Below, in pieces: positions 28,111 through 37,276 of a stretch of 64,000 bases of DNA (positions within the stretch are counted from its first letter, which is position 1; every line of letters starts with the position of its first letter). The stretch spans positions 5,392 through 69,391 of the forward strand of contig JAUXSB010000061.1 in NCBI GenBank assembly GCA_030681595.1. Reading direction: 5' to 3'. This stretch comes from Candidatus Omnitrophota bacterium (GTDB lineage Bacteria; Omnitrophota; Gorgyraeia; Ghiorseimicrobiales; Ghiorseimicrobiaceae). Under the pieces are notes generated by a model, which worked only from the letters and a program-made list of their open reading frames with translations, had not been told where the DNA came from and searched no databases. Both the position numbers and the translations under genes were made by a program.

Positions 28111-30144
28111 TTATTCCGCTTCTGTATCGCCATTTCCCAAAGCGATAGCCTCTATCGCTTCCTCAACTTTGCGCTCAATGCTTCTCTCGATGAAACCGGG
28201 TATAGCATCTTGGATTTTTCTCTTAAAATCCGACTTTAGCCATTTAAAATTCATGGCGCTTGATAAACCGGAAAGCTGAAAATCAAAATCTAAAAACGAA
28301 AAATCATCCCTCAAAAGCCTAAGCAGGGGCTTAAATTTAGCCGAATCTTTAATTATATTTTTTGATAGCCGCAATAAGAGTATACTGCTTGCCAAATCGC
28401 TGGTAGAAATCCCGAAATAGCCTTCTAAGCCGACGTCTAAAGACTCTAAATTAATATTATCCAATTTAGCTATCGTATCATCTACTAAAAAATCTGCGGA
28501 AAGCCTATTAAAACCTATGCGGGATAATGACGGCATCCCAAAAAAATCTGCCAGCCATTTAAAAAATTCAAAATTATTTAAACGGCCGTTAGCTATGTTC
28601 ATTACCCCGCTTAGGCTAGGCTGGGGATAATTCTGATAATGAAGCCGGCTGTCCAGCATCCCTTCTACTTTGGAAAAATATACCGATAAAAATTTAAGCT
28701 CATCGGCGCTTACTTTTTTAACATCGAGGTTAAATTCGCATTGAGGCACGGGGCCGTCAATATTAATCTTGCCTTCACCGCTTAAGCGCCCGTCATAAAT
28801 TAATGAATTTAACCCTACCATCCTGATTATTCTTTCCTTAATATTAAATAAGGCGTTAAAATCCCTAAAAAATAAACCATGCATATTGTTTCCCGAGAAA
28901 TACTTGAAATCCGCCTCATCAAAATATATATCCAGATTTTCCCCCGAGCGAAATTTAAAAGCCGCGTTTTTAAACGCCGACTCTATTTTCTGAGGAACGG
29001 TTTTATTTTTAACATTCCTTGCAAAACCCAAAGTTATTTTCCCGTTAAATTTATCTGCGCCTAAATCCCCCAGAATATTAAGGTCAAATGCTAAAGGATT
29101 CTTTCCCCTCTCTTCTGGCGGCTGATAATAATATGTGTAACTGCTTATATTTATAGAGGGCGTGGCAGAAAAGGAAATATTGCCTTTTAGATAAAAAGGT
29201 ATGTCTTTCAGGGAAAACTTTAAACTTTCTATCTCTATATTCTGGGAAGTAAAGACCGCTACCCCGGACATATCAAAAAGATTCAATCCCGGCATGGGCT
29301 TTCTGACAACCTGAACCGCGGCCTGATGCCTGGCAGCCAATGACTTAAACCTATCAATCAGCGGTAGCGTTTTCTCACTAAGGGCGTTGGTGGATAGGCC
29401 GCTGCTTAAAGATAAAAAGCCGTTAAAACGCAAGGCGCTCTTCTCAAAGATACCCCAGAGCTTGGCATAAAAATACTTTCTGCTTACTTCAAGGCTATCC
29501 AAGGCAAATCCTTCGCTGGTTAAATAGCCCTTAAGATCATATTGTAAGGTTTCGGGTTTAATACCCGATAAAACATTCGTTAAATTGATTGATCCGGAGC
29601 TAAGGAAATACCCATGGCCCGCCTTTAGGAAAGCCGTAATTCCGACATGCCTATCCAAATTGCCTTTCTGGGGTAATTTCAAATATGCATTTTTTATACC
29701 TAAATTAAAAAATTTATCCTGCGGGAGGTTTTTTAACAGGTCGGCTAATTTCTGGATATTCTTTTTTAAAAAAGAAATGCAGTCGAGATAATCGCCAGAA
29801 GCTCCATCTATATTTACAGCGCTTACCAAAAAAACCCTTTGGGTTATAAACGCGGGAATAGAAAATGCCAGTTTTACTTTTTTTATAGAAAAAAACGCCG
29901 TTTCTTCAAGAGGTGAATCCCTAAAAACACGGATATCTTCCACGGAAGCCGTGGCCGGAAAATAATACTTTATATTTCCTACGGATACTTTCTGGTTAAT
30001 TTGCCCTGAGATTTCTTTTTCGGCCCTGTGCTTTGAGCCTGTAAGAAAATTATTTATTGCGTTTAAGGAAGCGGAAACTACCCAGAATAAAATAGCGGCA
30101 ACAAGAAGGGACCTAATAATATACTTTCGCAAAAAATAGATCAT
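28111..30144 (-). CDS. AsmA-like large membrane-anchored periplasmic protein
   Basis: 677 aa with a single N-terminal TM helix and a long beta-rich body, similar in architecture to the AsmA family. The family call is tentative. Confidence 0.35.
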   Translation of the reverse strand: MIYFLRKYIIRSLLVAAILFWVVSASLNAINNFLTGSKHRAEKEISGQINQKVSVGNIKYYFPATASVEDIRVFRDSPLEETAFFSIKKVKLAFSIPAFITQRVFLVSAVNIDGASGDYLDCISFLKKNIQKLADLLKNLPQDKFFNLGIKNAYLKLPQKGNLDRHVGITAFLKAGHGYFLSSGSINLTNVLSGIKPETLQYDLKGYLTSEGFALDSLEVSRKYFYAKLWGIFEKSALRFNGFLSLSSGLSTNALSEKTLPLIDRFKSLAARHQAAVQVVRKPMPGLNLFDMSGVAVFTSQNIEIESLKFSLKDIPFYLKGNISFSATPSINISSYTYYYQPPEERGKNPLAFDLNILGDLGADKFNGKITLGFARNVKNKTVPQKIESAFKNAAFKFRSGENLDIYFDEADFKYFSGNNMHGLFFRDFNALFNIKERIIRMVGLNSLIYDGRLSGEGKINIDGPVPQCEFNLDVKKVSADELKFLSVYFSKVEGMLDSRLHYQNYPQPSLSGVMNIANGRLNNFEFFKWLADFFGMPSLSRIGFNRLSADFLVDDTIAKLDNINLESLDVGLEGYFGISTSDLASSILLLRLSKNIIKDSAKFKPLLRLLRDDFSFLDFDFQLSGLSSAMNFKWLKSDFKRKIQDAIPGFIERSIERKVEEAIEAIALGNGDTEAE

Positions 30145-30649
30145 CTATATAAAACTCCACCTTATCAATGGAGTAAATTGCTTTATGGCTCCTCAAAAAA
30201 GCTGATAAGTATTTATACTCCTTGGACTCGGCAAACAAAAGTACTACTTGCCTTGACGATATTATCTCTTTTTCTAAATTTTCCACCAATTCCGCGTTTT
30301 TTTGCCGTTTCGCTATCTCCAAAAGATAAACAAGCGCAAAAACCCGCGCTTTAGATTTCGGATACTTTTTAACAAAGCGGTTAAACGCAGCGAAGGCATC
30401 GTAATAATTAGAGGTCAAGAAATAATATTCTCCAACAGCAAAAAGGGCATTTTCGGCTAACTTAGATTCTCCGAAATCATCTAGAAACATTTTAAAATTC
30501 ATAAAGGCAGAATCTAATTCACCGTTCTTCGCGGCTCTAATGCCTTGAAAGTATAAACTTTTATCCATCTGCGCATAGACAAGAGGGCAAATTGAAAGAA
30601 TAATAAACATCGCAATAAAAAAAACTGTAACCGTTCTTATCTTTATCAT
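30113..30649 (-). CDS. TPR-like repeat protein with an N-terminal signal/TM segment
   Basis: Helical repeats NALFAVGEYYFLTSNYYDAFAAFNRFVKKYPKS are typical of TPR. Confidence 0.35.
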   Translation of the reverse strand: MIKIRTVTVFFIAMFIILSICPLVYAQMDKSLYFQGIRAAKNGELDSAFMNFKMFLDDFGESKLAENALFAVGEYYFLTSNYYDAFAAFNRFVKKYPKSKARVFALVYLLEIAKRQKNAELVENLEKEIISSRQVVLLFAESKEYKYLSAFLRSHKAIYSIDKVEFYIDDLFFAKVYY

Positions 30650-30951
30650 AGTTTAGCCAGCGCTTCAGAAGCTTGCATATCTACCTTGATACCAACTGCT
30701 TGCGCTGAATTATTCGCCTCTTTTATCAGCCCTGCCAAAAGATCATCCAAGCTGACTATCGGTTTGCCATCGCGTAAACGCACTATCGCGGCAGGATAGT
30801 TAAATTTATCCAACGCTGCCACATTAAAAGCACTACAGCCCAACATCCCTTTATCCGTAATCATAAAAACTAAATTAACCGGCCCTATCCCTAAAGGAAT
30901 AACAAAGCCATCAACTTGCCTATTAGCTACTTGTATCTTCTTTGCTTCCAT
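30646..30951 (-). CDS. DUF1805 (YunC-like) family protein
   Basis: 101 aa: VIPLGIGPVNLVFMITDKGMLGCSAFNVAALDKFNYPAAIV matches the YunC/DUF1805 core. Confidence 0.5.
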   Translation of the reverse strand: MEAKKIQVANRQVDGFVIPLGIGPVNLVFMITDKGMLGCSAFNVAALDKFNYPAAIVRLRDGKPIVSLDDLLAGLIKEANNSAQAVGIKVDMQASEALAKL

Positions 30952-30975
30952 TTAATTTGGCAGGCTTAAAAACAA

Positions 30976-32091
30976 TCAAAATCTTGCCGATATACCTATC
31001 TGATTAATTATATTCTTATATTCAGAAAGAGGATTGTTGCTATCCAGGCTCCAGTAGTCAAACCTATAGGATAGAGTGTAATTTTTTGTAAGTGTGTAGT
31101 ACATAGACAGGCGATAATTATACCTATCATCATATTCTGCCATAAATATAGCTTGGCGCTCTTTATAATTTTTTCTCTCAAAATTAGGGGTAAAAGCAAT
31201 ATAAAGACGGTTGTCTTCCAGGAATAGGCCGGCAATAGTCAGAGAACTTTCAAAGGCATAATAATCATTTAAATCCTGAAGCAGGTCATTAGAGGAATTT
31301 CTGGAGGCTTTGCCTTCTAGGGTAATAATATACCTTCCGATATTACGGCTTAAGCCTGCCTCTAGCGCGTAGCGCTCGTCTTGACGCACAAACTCCTGCT
31401 TTACACCGCTGGGGTTTCTGGCTTTTTTGGCATCGTATTCTTTGACGCTATATTCAAAATTTAAATCGCTGTTCCATTCCGACGAGAAAAATGTTTTTGT
31501 GTTAAGAAAATACTTTAGATTATTATAGCTGGAATCTGAGGAAAGGGGATACCAAAGCGTCTCGTAGCCTATCCCCGGCTCAAGGCGTATTCTGCCTTGG
31601 TAGAAAGGATAAAGCCTCGCCGCTGTGCTTACGCTGCTAAAAAGATAATTGCTGTCAGTAAAATCGGAATATAGCTGGTTAAAAGACAATACGTTGGTGT
31701 TTAAGCCGAACCACCTGGTAAATGTCGGCTTCCAGCTAATCATTGCAAATTGAGTATTAAATATATCCCCTTTGTTAGATGAGTCGTTATTAACATTTGT
31801 CTCGTATCCGCTGGAAGCAGAAGCAAATATTTCAAGCCTAAGAAGGCGCTCCTTCTTTCTCTTTTTGATCTTCAGGAACGCTCTTTGCTTAAGCAGCTCG
31901 ATTAACTCGGATGTGGTCTTAGTTTCGGCTATAGCGCTCTGTTTTATGCTGGAAATCTTATCTTCTAACTGAACAGACCTATTTTCGTTCTCATCTGCGC
32001 AAAGGCCTTTTGGGGTATCTAAAAAAATGGTGCTTAGGCAAAGTATAAAAAAAACAAACTGGGCTAATATTTTTTTTAGGCTTATATTCAA
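30976..32091 (-). CDS. Putative outer-membrane beta-barrel protein
   Basis: Signal peptide, alternating hydrophobic beta-strand pattern, and a C-terminal aromatic residue (…GISARF). Confidence 0.35.
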   Translation of the reverse strand: MNISLKKILAQFVFFILCLSTIFLDTPKGLCADENENRSVQLEDKISSIKQSAIAETKTTSELIELLKQRAFLKIKKRKKERLLRLEIFASASSGYETNVNNDSSNKGDIFNTQFAMISWKPTFTRWFGLNTNVLSFNQLYSDFTDSNYLFSSVSTAARLYPFYQGRIRLEPGIGYETLWYPLSSDSSYNNLKYFLNTKTFFSSEWNSDLNFEYSVKEYDAKKARNPSGVKQEFVRQDERYALEAGLSRNIGRYIITLEGKASRNSSNDLLQDLNDYYAFESSLTIAGLFLEDNRLYIAFTPNFERKNYKERQAIFMAEYDDRYNYRLSMYYTLTKNYTLSYRFDYWSLDSNNPLSEYKNIINQIGISARF

Positions 32092-32463
32092 TTATGCCTC
32101 TTATTATTATTCTTGATAAAATCCTATTTTTCGGGGCTCTAAAGAAATATCCCCCGGCTCTGATTTATTGTAGTAGCTAGAGGTATTTTTGTCAACCCCG
32201 TTAGAAATTCCCTGCCATGGCTAATCTTTCTTTGCAAATAAACTCTCTTGAAGCAGTTTCCAATATCCGGTTTTAACCTTTACAATAGTATATAAGAATT
32301 TTCTAACGGGGTCAATATATATTCGCTATTTGCATTTTTGAAGCTATTTTGCTTAACTCTATACCGAACAATGAGTTATATAAAAAAATGCTTTTGGTAT
32401 ACCTCTTGAAAAAACATGCTTTATAGGGTATACTTATAATGTAAAAGGTAAAATATAACTGTA

Positions 32464-32562
32464 AAGGGCAAACTGCGGGAAACCGCAGGACGCAAAGCCT
32501 TGAGCCTAAAGCTCGCCAAAGAATTATGGCGGCAAAGGCAGTCGGTTGCCGGTTAACGCAAA
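32464..32562 (+). promoter_or_regulatory. c-di-GMP-I (GEMM) riboswitch aptamer
   Basis: AGGGCAAAC-UGCGG-GAAA-CCGCAG-GACGCAAAGCC-UUGAGCCUAAAGCUC matches the GEMM consensus: GGCAAAC, a GNRA-tetraloop P1 hairpin, the invariant GACGCAAAGCC, and GCCUAAA in P2. Confidence 0.65.
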
Positions 32563-32564
32563 GA

Positions 32565-32603
32565 AACCCTCAAACCGACTAATGGCTTTGAGGGTTTTTG
32601 AGT
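32565..32603 (+). terminator. Intrinsic terminator (riboswitch expression platform) directly upstream of the RBS
   Basis: aaccctcaaa-ccgactaatggc-tttgagggtt followed by TTTTG; then an AGGAG RBS and the ATG at 32617. Confidence 0.5.
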
Positions 32604-32616
32604 TTAGGAGTAAGAA

Positions 32617-33060
32617 ATGAGAAAAATAACAAAACTAACAATGATAACCGTAAGCCTAATCTGCCTTTTATCTTTACTGGCGCTTCCTGCTTATGCCTTT
32701 GACAAAGCTGAAATGGACCAGGCATTAAGAGAAGAGCTTGCCAAGATACCGGACATGGAAACAAAACAAGCTATCCTTGATGAATACAAAGAGGTTATCC
32801 GCGAAAGGATGCCGGATTTAAACTTAGATGAAGCCACCTGTCAGAGTTGTGAAGAGGATATTAAGGTATTAGAAAATGAATTAGTTATAAACTCTGTCAA
32901 TGGCGTATTAGACGAAGACAAAATACGAAAAGATAGGGAAGTGCTGCCGGAAACCAATACACCTACGCCTGCTCCAACAGTAGTTACCCCGGTCGTGGAG
33001 GTTCCTCCTCCGCCGCCGCCAGTCGCGCCTAAGCCGCCTAAACCACCGTGTGGCTGTTAA
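32617..33060 (+). CDS. Small secreted protein, paralog A (Pro-rich tail ending in CGC)
   Basis: Signal peptide ...ALPAYA, then the conserved module FDKAEMDQALREELAKIPDMETKQAILDEYKEVIRERMPDLNLDEATCQSCEEDIKVLENEL, then PPPPPPVAPKPPKPPCGC. Confidence 0.55.
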   Translation: MRKITKLTMITVSLICLLSLLALPAYAFDKAEMDQALREELAKIPDMETKQAILDEYKEVIRERMPDLNLDEATCQSCEEDIKVLENELVINSVNGVLDEDKIRKDREVLPETNTPTPAPTVVTPVVEVPPPPPPVAPKPPKPPCGC

Positions 33061-33077
33061 TAATCCTGGGGGTTAAA

Positions 33078-33635
33078 ATGAGAAAAATAATCTTTTTATG
33101 TTCTGTGCTCATGCTAGCAGGGATGTTTTGCTGTTTTAAACAAATTTACGCCTTTGACAAAGCTGAAATGGACCAGACATTAAGAGAAGAGCTTGCCAAG
33201 ATACCGGACCTGGAAACAAAACAAGCTATCCTTGATGAGTATAAAGAAGTTATCAGAGAAAAAATGCCGGAGTTAAATATAGATGAGGCAACCTGTCAAA
33301 GCTGTGAAGAGGATATTAAGGTGCTGGAAAAAGAGCTGTTAGCAAGCTTGGACAAAGGAAATATTGATCCTGGGGAATTCTCCGGAGGGAAAGAAAAATT
33401 GCTTGAGAAACAAAAAGTGTACAAAACTATAACTACAAGCAATACTGTAATGCAAGACCAAACCTCATTGAAGACGAGAACTAGGTATTTCGATGCAGAC
33501 GGCAACCCGGCTTGTGGCTGCGACTCTACCGCCACGGCGGTTACAGATCAAGTTGCGGTAACAACACAGGTACCGGTTACAGTAACCACAACATCGACAG
33601 TTGAAGCCGGTGAAACAGTAGCGGCAGCACAATAA
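33078..33635 (+). CDS. Small secreted protein, paralog B (Thr/Val-rich tail, CGC motif)
   Basis: Start at the ATG at 33078 (GGGGG RBS); the track ORF starts earlier. It carries the same conserved module as paralog A, with about 90 percent nucleotide identity over ~190 nt, then ...PACGCDSTATAVTDQVAVTTQVPVTVTTTST. Confidence 0.55.
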   Translation: MRKIIFLCSVLMLAGMFCCFKQIYAFDKAEMDQTLREELAKIPDLETKQAILDEYKEVIREKMPELNIDEATCQSCEEDIKVLEKELLASLDKGNIDPGEFSGGKEKLLEKQKVYKTITTSNTVMQDQTSLKTRTRYFDADGNPACGCDSTATAVTDQVAVTTQVPVTVTTTSTVEAGETVAAAQ

Positions 33636-33664
33636 CCATGCCTTGTTGAGGAATTTATTATTTC

Positions 33665-33697
33665 AAAAACCCGCTTTAGAAAGGCGGGTTTTTTATT
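33665..33697. terminator. Bidirectional rho-independent terminator between the secreted-protein genes and folE
   Basis: aaaaacccgctttagaaaggcgggtttttt. Confidence 0.55.
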
Positions 33698-34257
33698 TAC
33701 CTGGAATTAATTAAGGCTAAAGTTTCCGCCCGCGTCTTCTGGTTTTTCTTAAATACTCCCCTGACCGCGGAAGTAACCGTTAAGATACCGGGCTTTTTTA
33801 CTCCACGAAATGTCATACAAAGATGTTCTGCCTCAATTACTACCATACACCCTTGAGGCTTTAGTTTCGACATAATGATGTCGGCGATTTGTGTTGTTAA
33901 GCGTTCCTGTACCTGCGGGCGCTTAGATAAGACATCTACCACGCGCGCTAGCTTACTTAATCCGGTAACCCTGCCCTGTTTAGGAATATATGCCACGTGC
34001 GCCTTTCCGATAAACGGCAGGAGATGATGTTCGCAGCAGCTATAAAGCGGTATACCTTTAAGTAAAATTATCTCTTCGTGCTTCTGGTCTAAGACAACTT
34101 CTAATTCCTTTTCGGCGCTTTCTTTAATCCCGGAAAATATCTCTTCGTACATTTCAGCTACCCTACGGGGAGTCTCCAACAGGTCTTTTCTTTTCGGATT
34201 TTCCCCTATCGCTTCTAAAATTTCCCTTACTGCTTTCTCGATTTTCTTTTTATCCAC
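33697..34257 (-). CDS. folE: GTP cyclohydrolase I
   Basis: 186 aa with ...[10 protein letters not shown]...GK.HVAYIP..., the canonical FolE active-site region. Confidence 0.85.
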   Translation of the reverse strand: MDKKKIEKAVREILEAIGENPKRKDLLETPRRVAEMYEEIFSGIKESAEKELEVVLDQKHEEIILLKGIPLYSCCEHHLLPFIGKAHVAYIPKQGRVTGLSKLARVVDVLSKRPQVQERLTTQIADIIMSKLKPQGCMVVIEAEHLCMTFRGVKKPGILTVTSAVRGVFKKNQKTRAETLALINSR

Positions 34258-34351
34258 GTCATCCTCGCTTCTTACCAGCCATAGTGACGATACCCGCTAC
34301 GTAACCGTAGCCATAAAACGATACGGGCTTCGTTACCATAACCATTACCGA

Positions 34352-35764
34352 TTACTTACCAATACAGAATTCTGAAAATATCTTTTCCAGTAAATCCTCG
34401 GAAAAATTTTTTCCGGAAACGGTATCGAAAGAGCCTAAAGCGCCTTTGATGTCCTGAGCAACAAACTCCACCGATACCTTATTATCCAGTGATTTTAAAG
34501 CGCTGTCTATAAAATTCTCTGCCTCTTTTAAAAGTTCAATATGCCGAAGATTACTTACCAGCGCGGATTCCGATTTTATGACCTTGCCGCCAAATACCAA
34601 ATCCGCAATCGCCTCTTCCAATAAACCTATATTTTGTAGTTTTTTAGCTGAAAGCCCAATCACGTGCTTAAATATTTCTTCAATTTTTATTTTGTCGATT
34701 TTTTGCCGAAGATCTATTTTATTTATAATCGCGATAATTTGCTTTTTCCTTAATTTTTTAATTAGCGCTTCGTCATCTTTGGTTAATTTTTGGCTGCCAT
34801 CAAAGAGCAAGATCACTAAATCCGCAAACCCAATGTGCCGTTTTGACCGCGACACCGCCTTTTTCTCTACTAAATCCCGCGGCTCAATAATTCCGGCGGT
34901 ATCCACAATCCTTACCGGTATTCCTTTTATATCAATAATTTCCTCTATAGTATCGCGGGTCGTGCCGGAAATGGATGAGACAATTGAGCGCTCTTGTTTT
35001 AAGAGCGCGTTTAGAAGAGAAGACTTGCCTACATTTGGTTTTCCACAGATAACCGCCTGAATACCGTCGCGCAATACCTTACCATGCTTAGATGATACCA
35101 AAATGCCTTTTAAAGCGCCATTGACTGCGTTAAGTTTTTTAAAGGCTTCTTTTAAATTCAGCACGCCAATTTCTTCCTCAGGAAAATCAATATTTGCTTC
35201 TAATATAGCAAGCGCATCTAATAAGCCTTTACGCAGCCTATTTATTTGGTTGGATAAAGTACCCCTTAGCTGTTCTGTCCCGATTTTTAAGGCCGAATCG
35301 GTCTTTGCGCGGATAATATCCAGAACCGCCTCGGCCTGCGCTAAATCAATCCTGCCGTTTAAAAAAGCTCTTTTGGTAAACTCTCCTGGCTCGGCAAGCC
35401 GTGCCCCATTTTCTAAAACTAAATCCGATACGGCGCGCATAGCCATAATCCCACCGTGGCAATTTATCTCCACAACATCTTCTTTGGTATAGCTCTTAGG
35501 CTTCCGCATTACGGTAAGCAAAACTTCATCGATTATTTTTAATTTCTGGTTTCTGGCAACTGGTTTCTGGTTTCTCTCGACAATCCATCCATAATGCACA
35601 GTATACGCCTTAAAGCCAGATGGTTTCTTGCCGCCTTTAGCAACAAAAACCCTATCGGCAATTTTTAGGGCGTCTTTTCCGCTGATACGCACAATCCCGA
35701 TGCCCGCCTCGCCCAACCCCGTCCCCATCGCCGCAATTGTGTCGGTTAAACCTAAATTACGCAT
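34352..35764 (-). CDS. mnmE: tRNA modification GTPase MnmE
   Basis: N-terminal MRNLGLTDTIAAMGTG..GIGIVRISG, G-domain GKPNVGKSSLLN, and the C-terminal CIGK motif; 470 aa. Confidence 0.9.
   Translation of the reverse strand: MRNLGLTDTIAAMGTGLGEAGIGIVRISGKDALKIADRVFVAKGGKKPSGFKAYTVHYGWIVERNQKPVARNQKLKIIDEVLLTVMRKPKSYTKEDVVEINCHGGIMAMRAVSDLVLENGARLAEPGEFTKRAFLNGRIDLAQAEAVLDIIRAKTDSALKIGTEQLRGTLSNQINRLRKGLLDALAILEANIDFPEEEIGVLNLKEAFKKLNAVNGALKGILVSSKHGKVLRDGIQAVICGKPNVGKSSLLNALLKQERSIVSSISGTTRDTIEEIIDIKGIPVRIVDTAGIIEPRDLVEKKAVSRSKRHIGFADLVILLFDGSQKLTKDDEALIKKLRKKQIIAIINKIDLRQKIDKIKIEEIFKHVIGLSAKKLQNIGLLEEAIADLVFGGKVIKSESALVSNLRHIELLKEAENFIDSALKSLDNKVSVEFVAQDIKGALGSFDTVSGKNFSEDLLEKIFSEFCIGK
35543..35577 (-). 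repeat. Heptamer tract (tttctgg units) inside mnmE
   Basis: tttctggtttctggcaactggtttctggtttctc; it encodes VARNQKPVARNQK. Confidence 0.7.
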
Positions 35765-35848
35765 AACAATTTAAACCATCATGGATTTTTATGTTTAAAA
35801 TATTTCTGAGAGTTTTTAAAATTAGGGGGGTATTTCTTCGAAAATATC

Positions 35849-36199
35849 TTATTGCTTGCCTATGCCTTTTAAAACTTCTTTAATTGAATGCGCCAGTATG
35901 GGTATTTCTTCCTTTACCGTTTTCCATAAAATCTCTACATCAACGCCGAAATATTCATGAATCAACTTATTCCTCATCCCGGACATTTTTTTCCAGGGGA
36001 TATCGGGATATCTATGCCTTAGTGCTACAGGGATATTTTTGGCCGCCTCGCCTATTACCTCAATACTTCTTACTACCGCATTTATGGTTTTCTTATCTTT
36101 TGCAAAATCATTAAAATCCATACCTTCGATAAAACTATTTATCTCATTGGTAGAAACAAGGATGTCTTTTATATAATCTCTATAATCCCGCTTTTTCAT
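35849..36199 (-). CDS. hepT: HepT-like (DUF86) toxin, nucleotidyltransferase substrate-binding family
   Basis: 116 aa with the R(x4)HxY-like motif RNKLIHEYFGVD. It overlaps the upstream MNT gene by 4 nt. Confidence 0.75.
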   Translation of the reverse strand: MKKRDYRDYIKDILVSTNEINSFIEGMDFNDFAKDKKTINAVVRSIEVIGEAAKNIPVALRHRYPDIPWKKMSGMRNKLIHEYFGVDVEILWKTVKEEIPILAHSIKEVLKGIGKQ

Positions 36200-36489
36200 A
36201 TATATACGGTTTCTTTCAGGATATATCTGCCGATTACCGGCTTTAAAGCCTTTTTGGATACCAAATCAACCTTTACGCCAAGCAAACGCCTAAGAAACCC
36301 CTCTAAATCCATAAACTCAAACATTCCTATGGGTTCCTTAAATTCCACAAGGACATCAATATCGCTTTTTGCCTTTTGCTCGTTTCTTACATAAGAACCA
36401 AATACGCCTATTTTCTTAACCTGATACTTTTCTGCCAATAAACTTTTATTCTTGCCTAGAGTTTCTTTTATGGTCTTTAAAGTTATCAT
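36196..36489 (-). CDS. mntA: MNT-like minimal nucleotidyltransferase antitoxin
   Basis: GVFGSYVRNEQKAKSDIDVLVEF, the GSx9-13DxD nucleotidyltransferase motif; 97 aa. Confidence 0.8.
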   Translation of the reverse strand: MITLKTIKETLGKNKSLLAEKYQVKKIGVFGSYVRNEQKAKSDIDVLVEFKEPIGMFEFMDLEGFLRRLLGVKVDLVSKKALKPVIGRYILKETVYI

Positions 36490-36570
36490 TGCTTTATCCC
36501 CGGACTTTGATTACAAGCAAATATTAGCACAAAATCGTTGATTACTCAAGATGATAGATTCAGCCGCGTT

Positions 36571-36641
36571 TAATCGACTTTCCTCCAATTCCCACCCGCC
36601 CCCATCGCCGCAATTGTATCGGTTAAATTTATCTTTTGCAT
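36571..36641 (-). pseudogene. Duplicated remnant of the mnmE 5' end (23 codons)
   Basis: Minus-strand MQKINLTDTIAAMGAGGNWRKVD* compared with the MnmE N-terminus MRNLGLTDTIAAMGTG. The core cccatcgccgcaattgtatcggttaaa (36601-36627) is nearly identical to 35724-35750. Confidence 0.5.
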
Positions 36642-36693
36642 AATAAACTCTATTTTCCCACCTATCAATTTTAATAGGAAGCGGGATCCCGCT

Positions 36694-37089
36694 CTAGCGG
36701 GAAAACTGCTCCTTTACCTTGGGGCGGGTGAAATAGATAATTGAACTTATCAAGATGATTACCGGCAATAAATCTCCAAATTCATAATAAATACCCCTGT
36801 ATGGATACACGATTATTGGTAGCCAAGCAATTATTAAATAAATTTTACGACCCCATTCTTTTAATAACAAAATACCTACAGCTCCTATTGTAGATATTAT
36901 GCTTGCACCTAAAATTATAATAGAAAATATACATATATATTTCATATAAGAGGTATCAAAAAATCCTCCCTGAAACCCAAATAAGATTTTCCGAAAGAAA
37001 AAGTATGTCATAAATAACATAACCAGTATATTCCCAATTGCAAATATCTTTATTGTTTGAAGCCTCTTCTTATCCATCATCCCCTCCAT
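36694..37089 (-). CDS. Hypothetical small membrane protein
   Basis: 131 aa with 3-4 hydrophobic helices. Confidence 0.35.
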   Translation of the reverse strand: MEGMMDKKRLQTIKIFAIGNILVMLFMTYFFFRKILFGFQGGFFDTSYMKYICIFSIIILGASIISTIGAVGILLLKEWGRKIYLIIAWLPIIVYPYRGIYYEFGDLLPVIILISSIIYFTRPKVKEQFSR

Positions 37090-37276
37090 TTCTATATTAA
37101 CAAATAAACAGCAGAAGTTTTATTCGTAAGCACATTAGAAATCTTTTGGCAAATTACCTGTGAGAGTTTGCGGAGAGCAAATGCTGAAACTGACCGAGCA
37201 TAACCTGCCTGCTTTTCTTACGAGGGAATTTCGGCAAATTTGCGAACCGCTAAATTCCACAGGTCGGCAAAAGATT

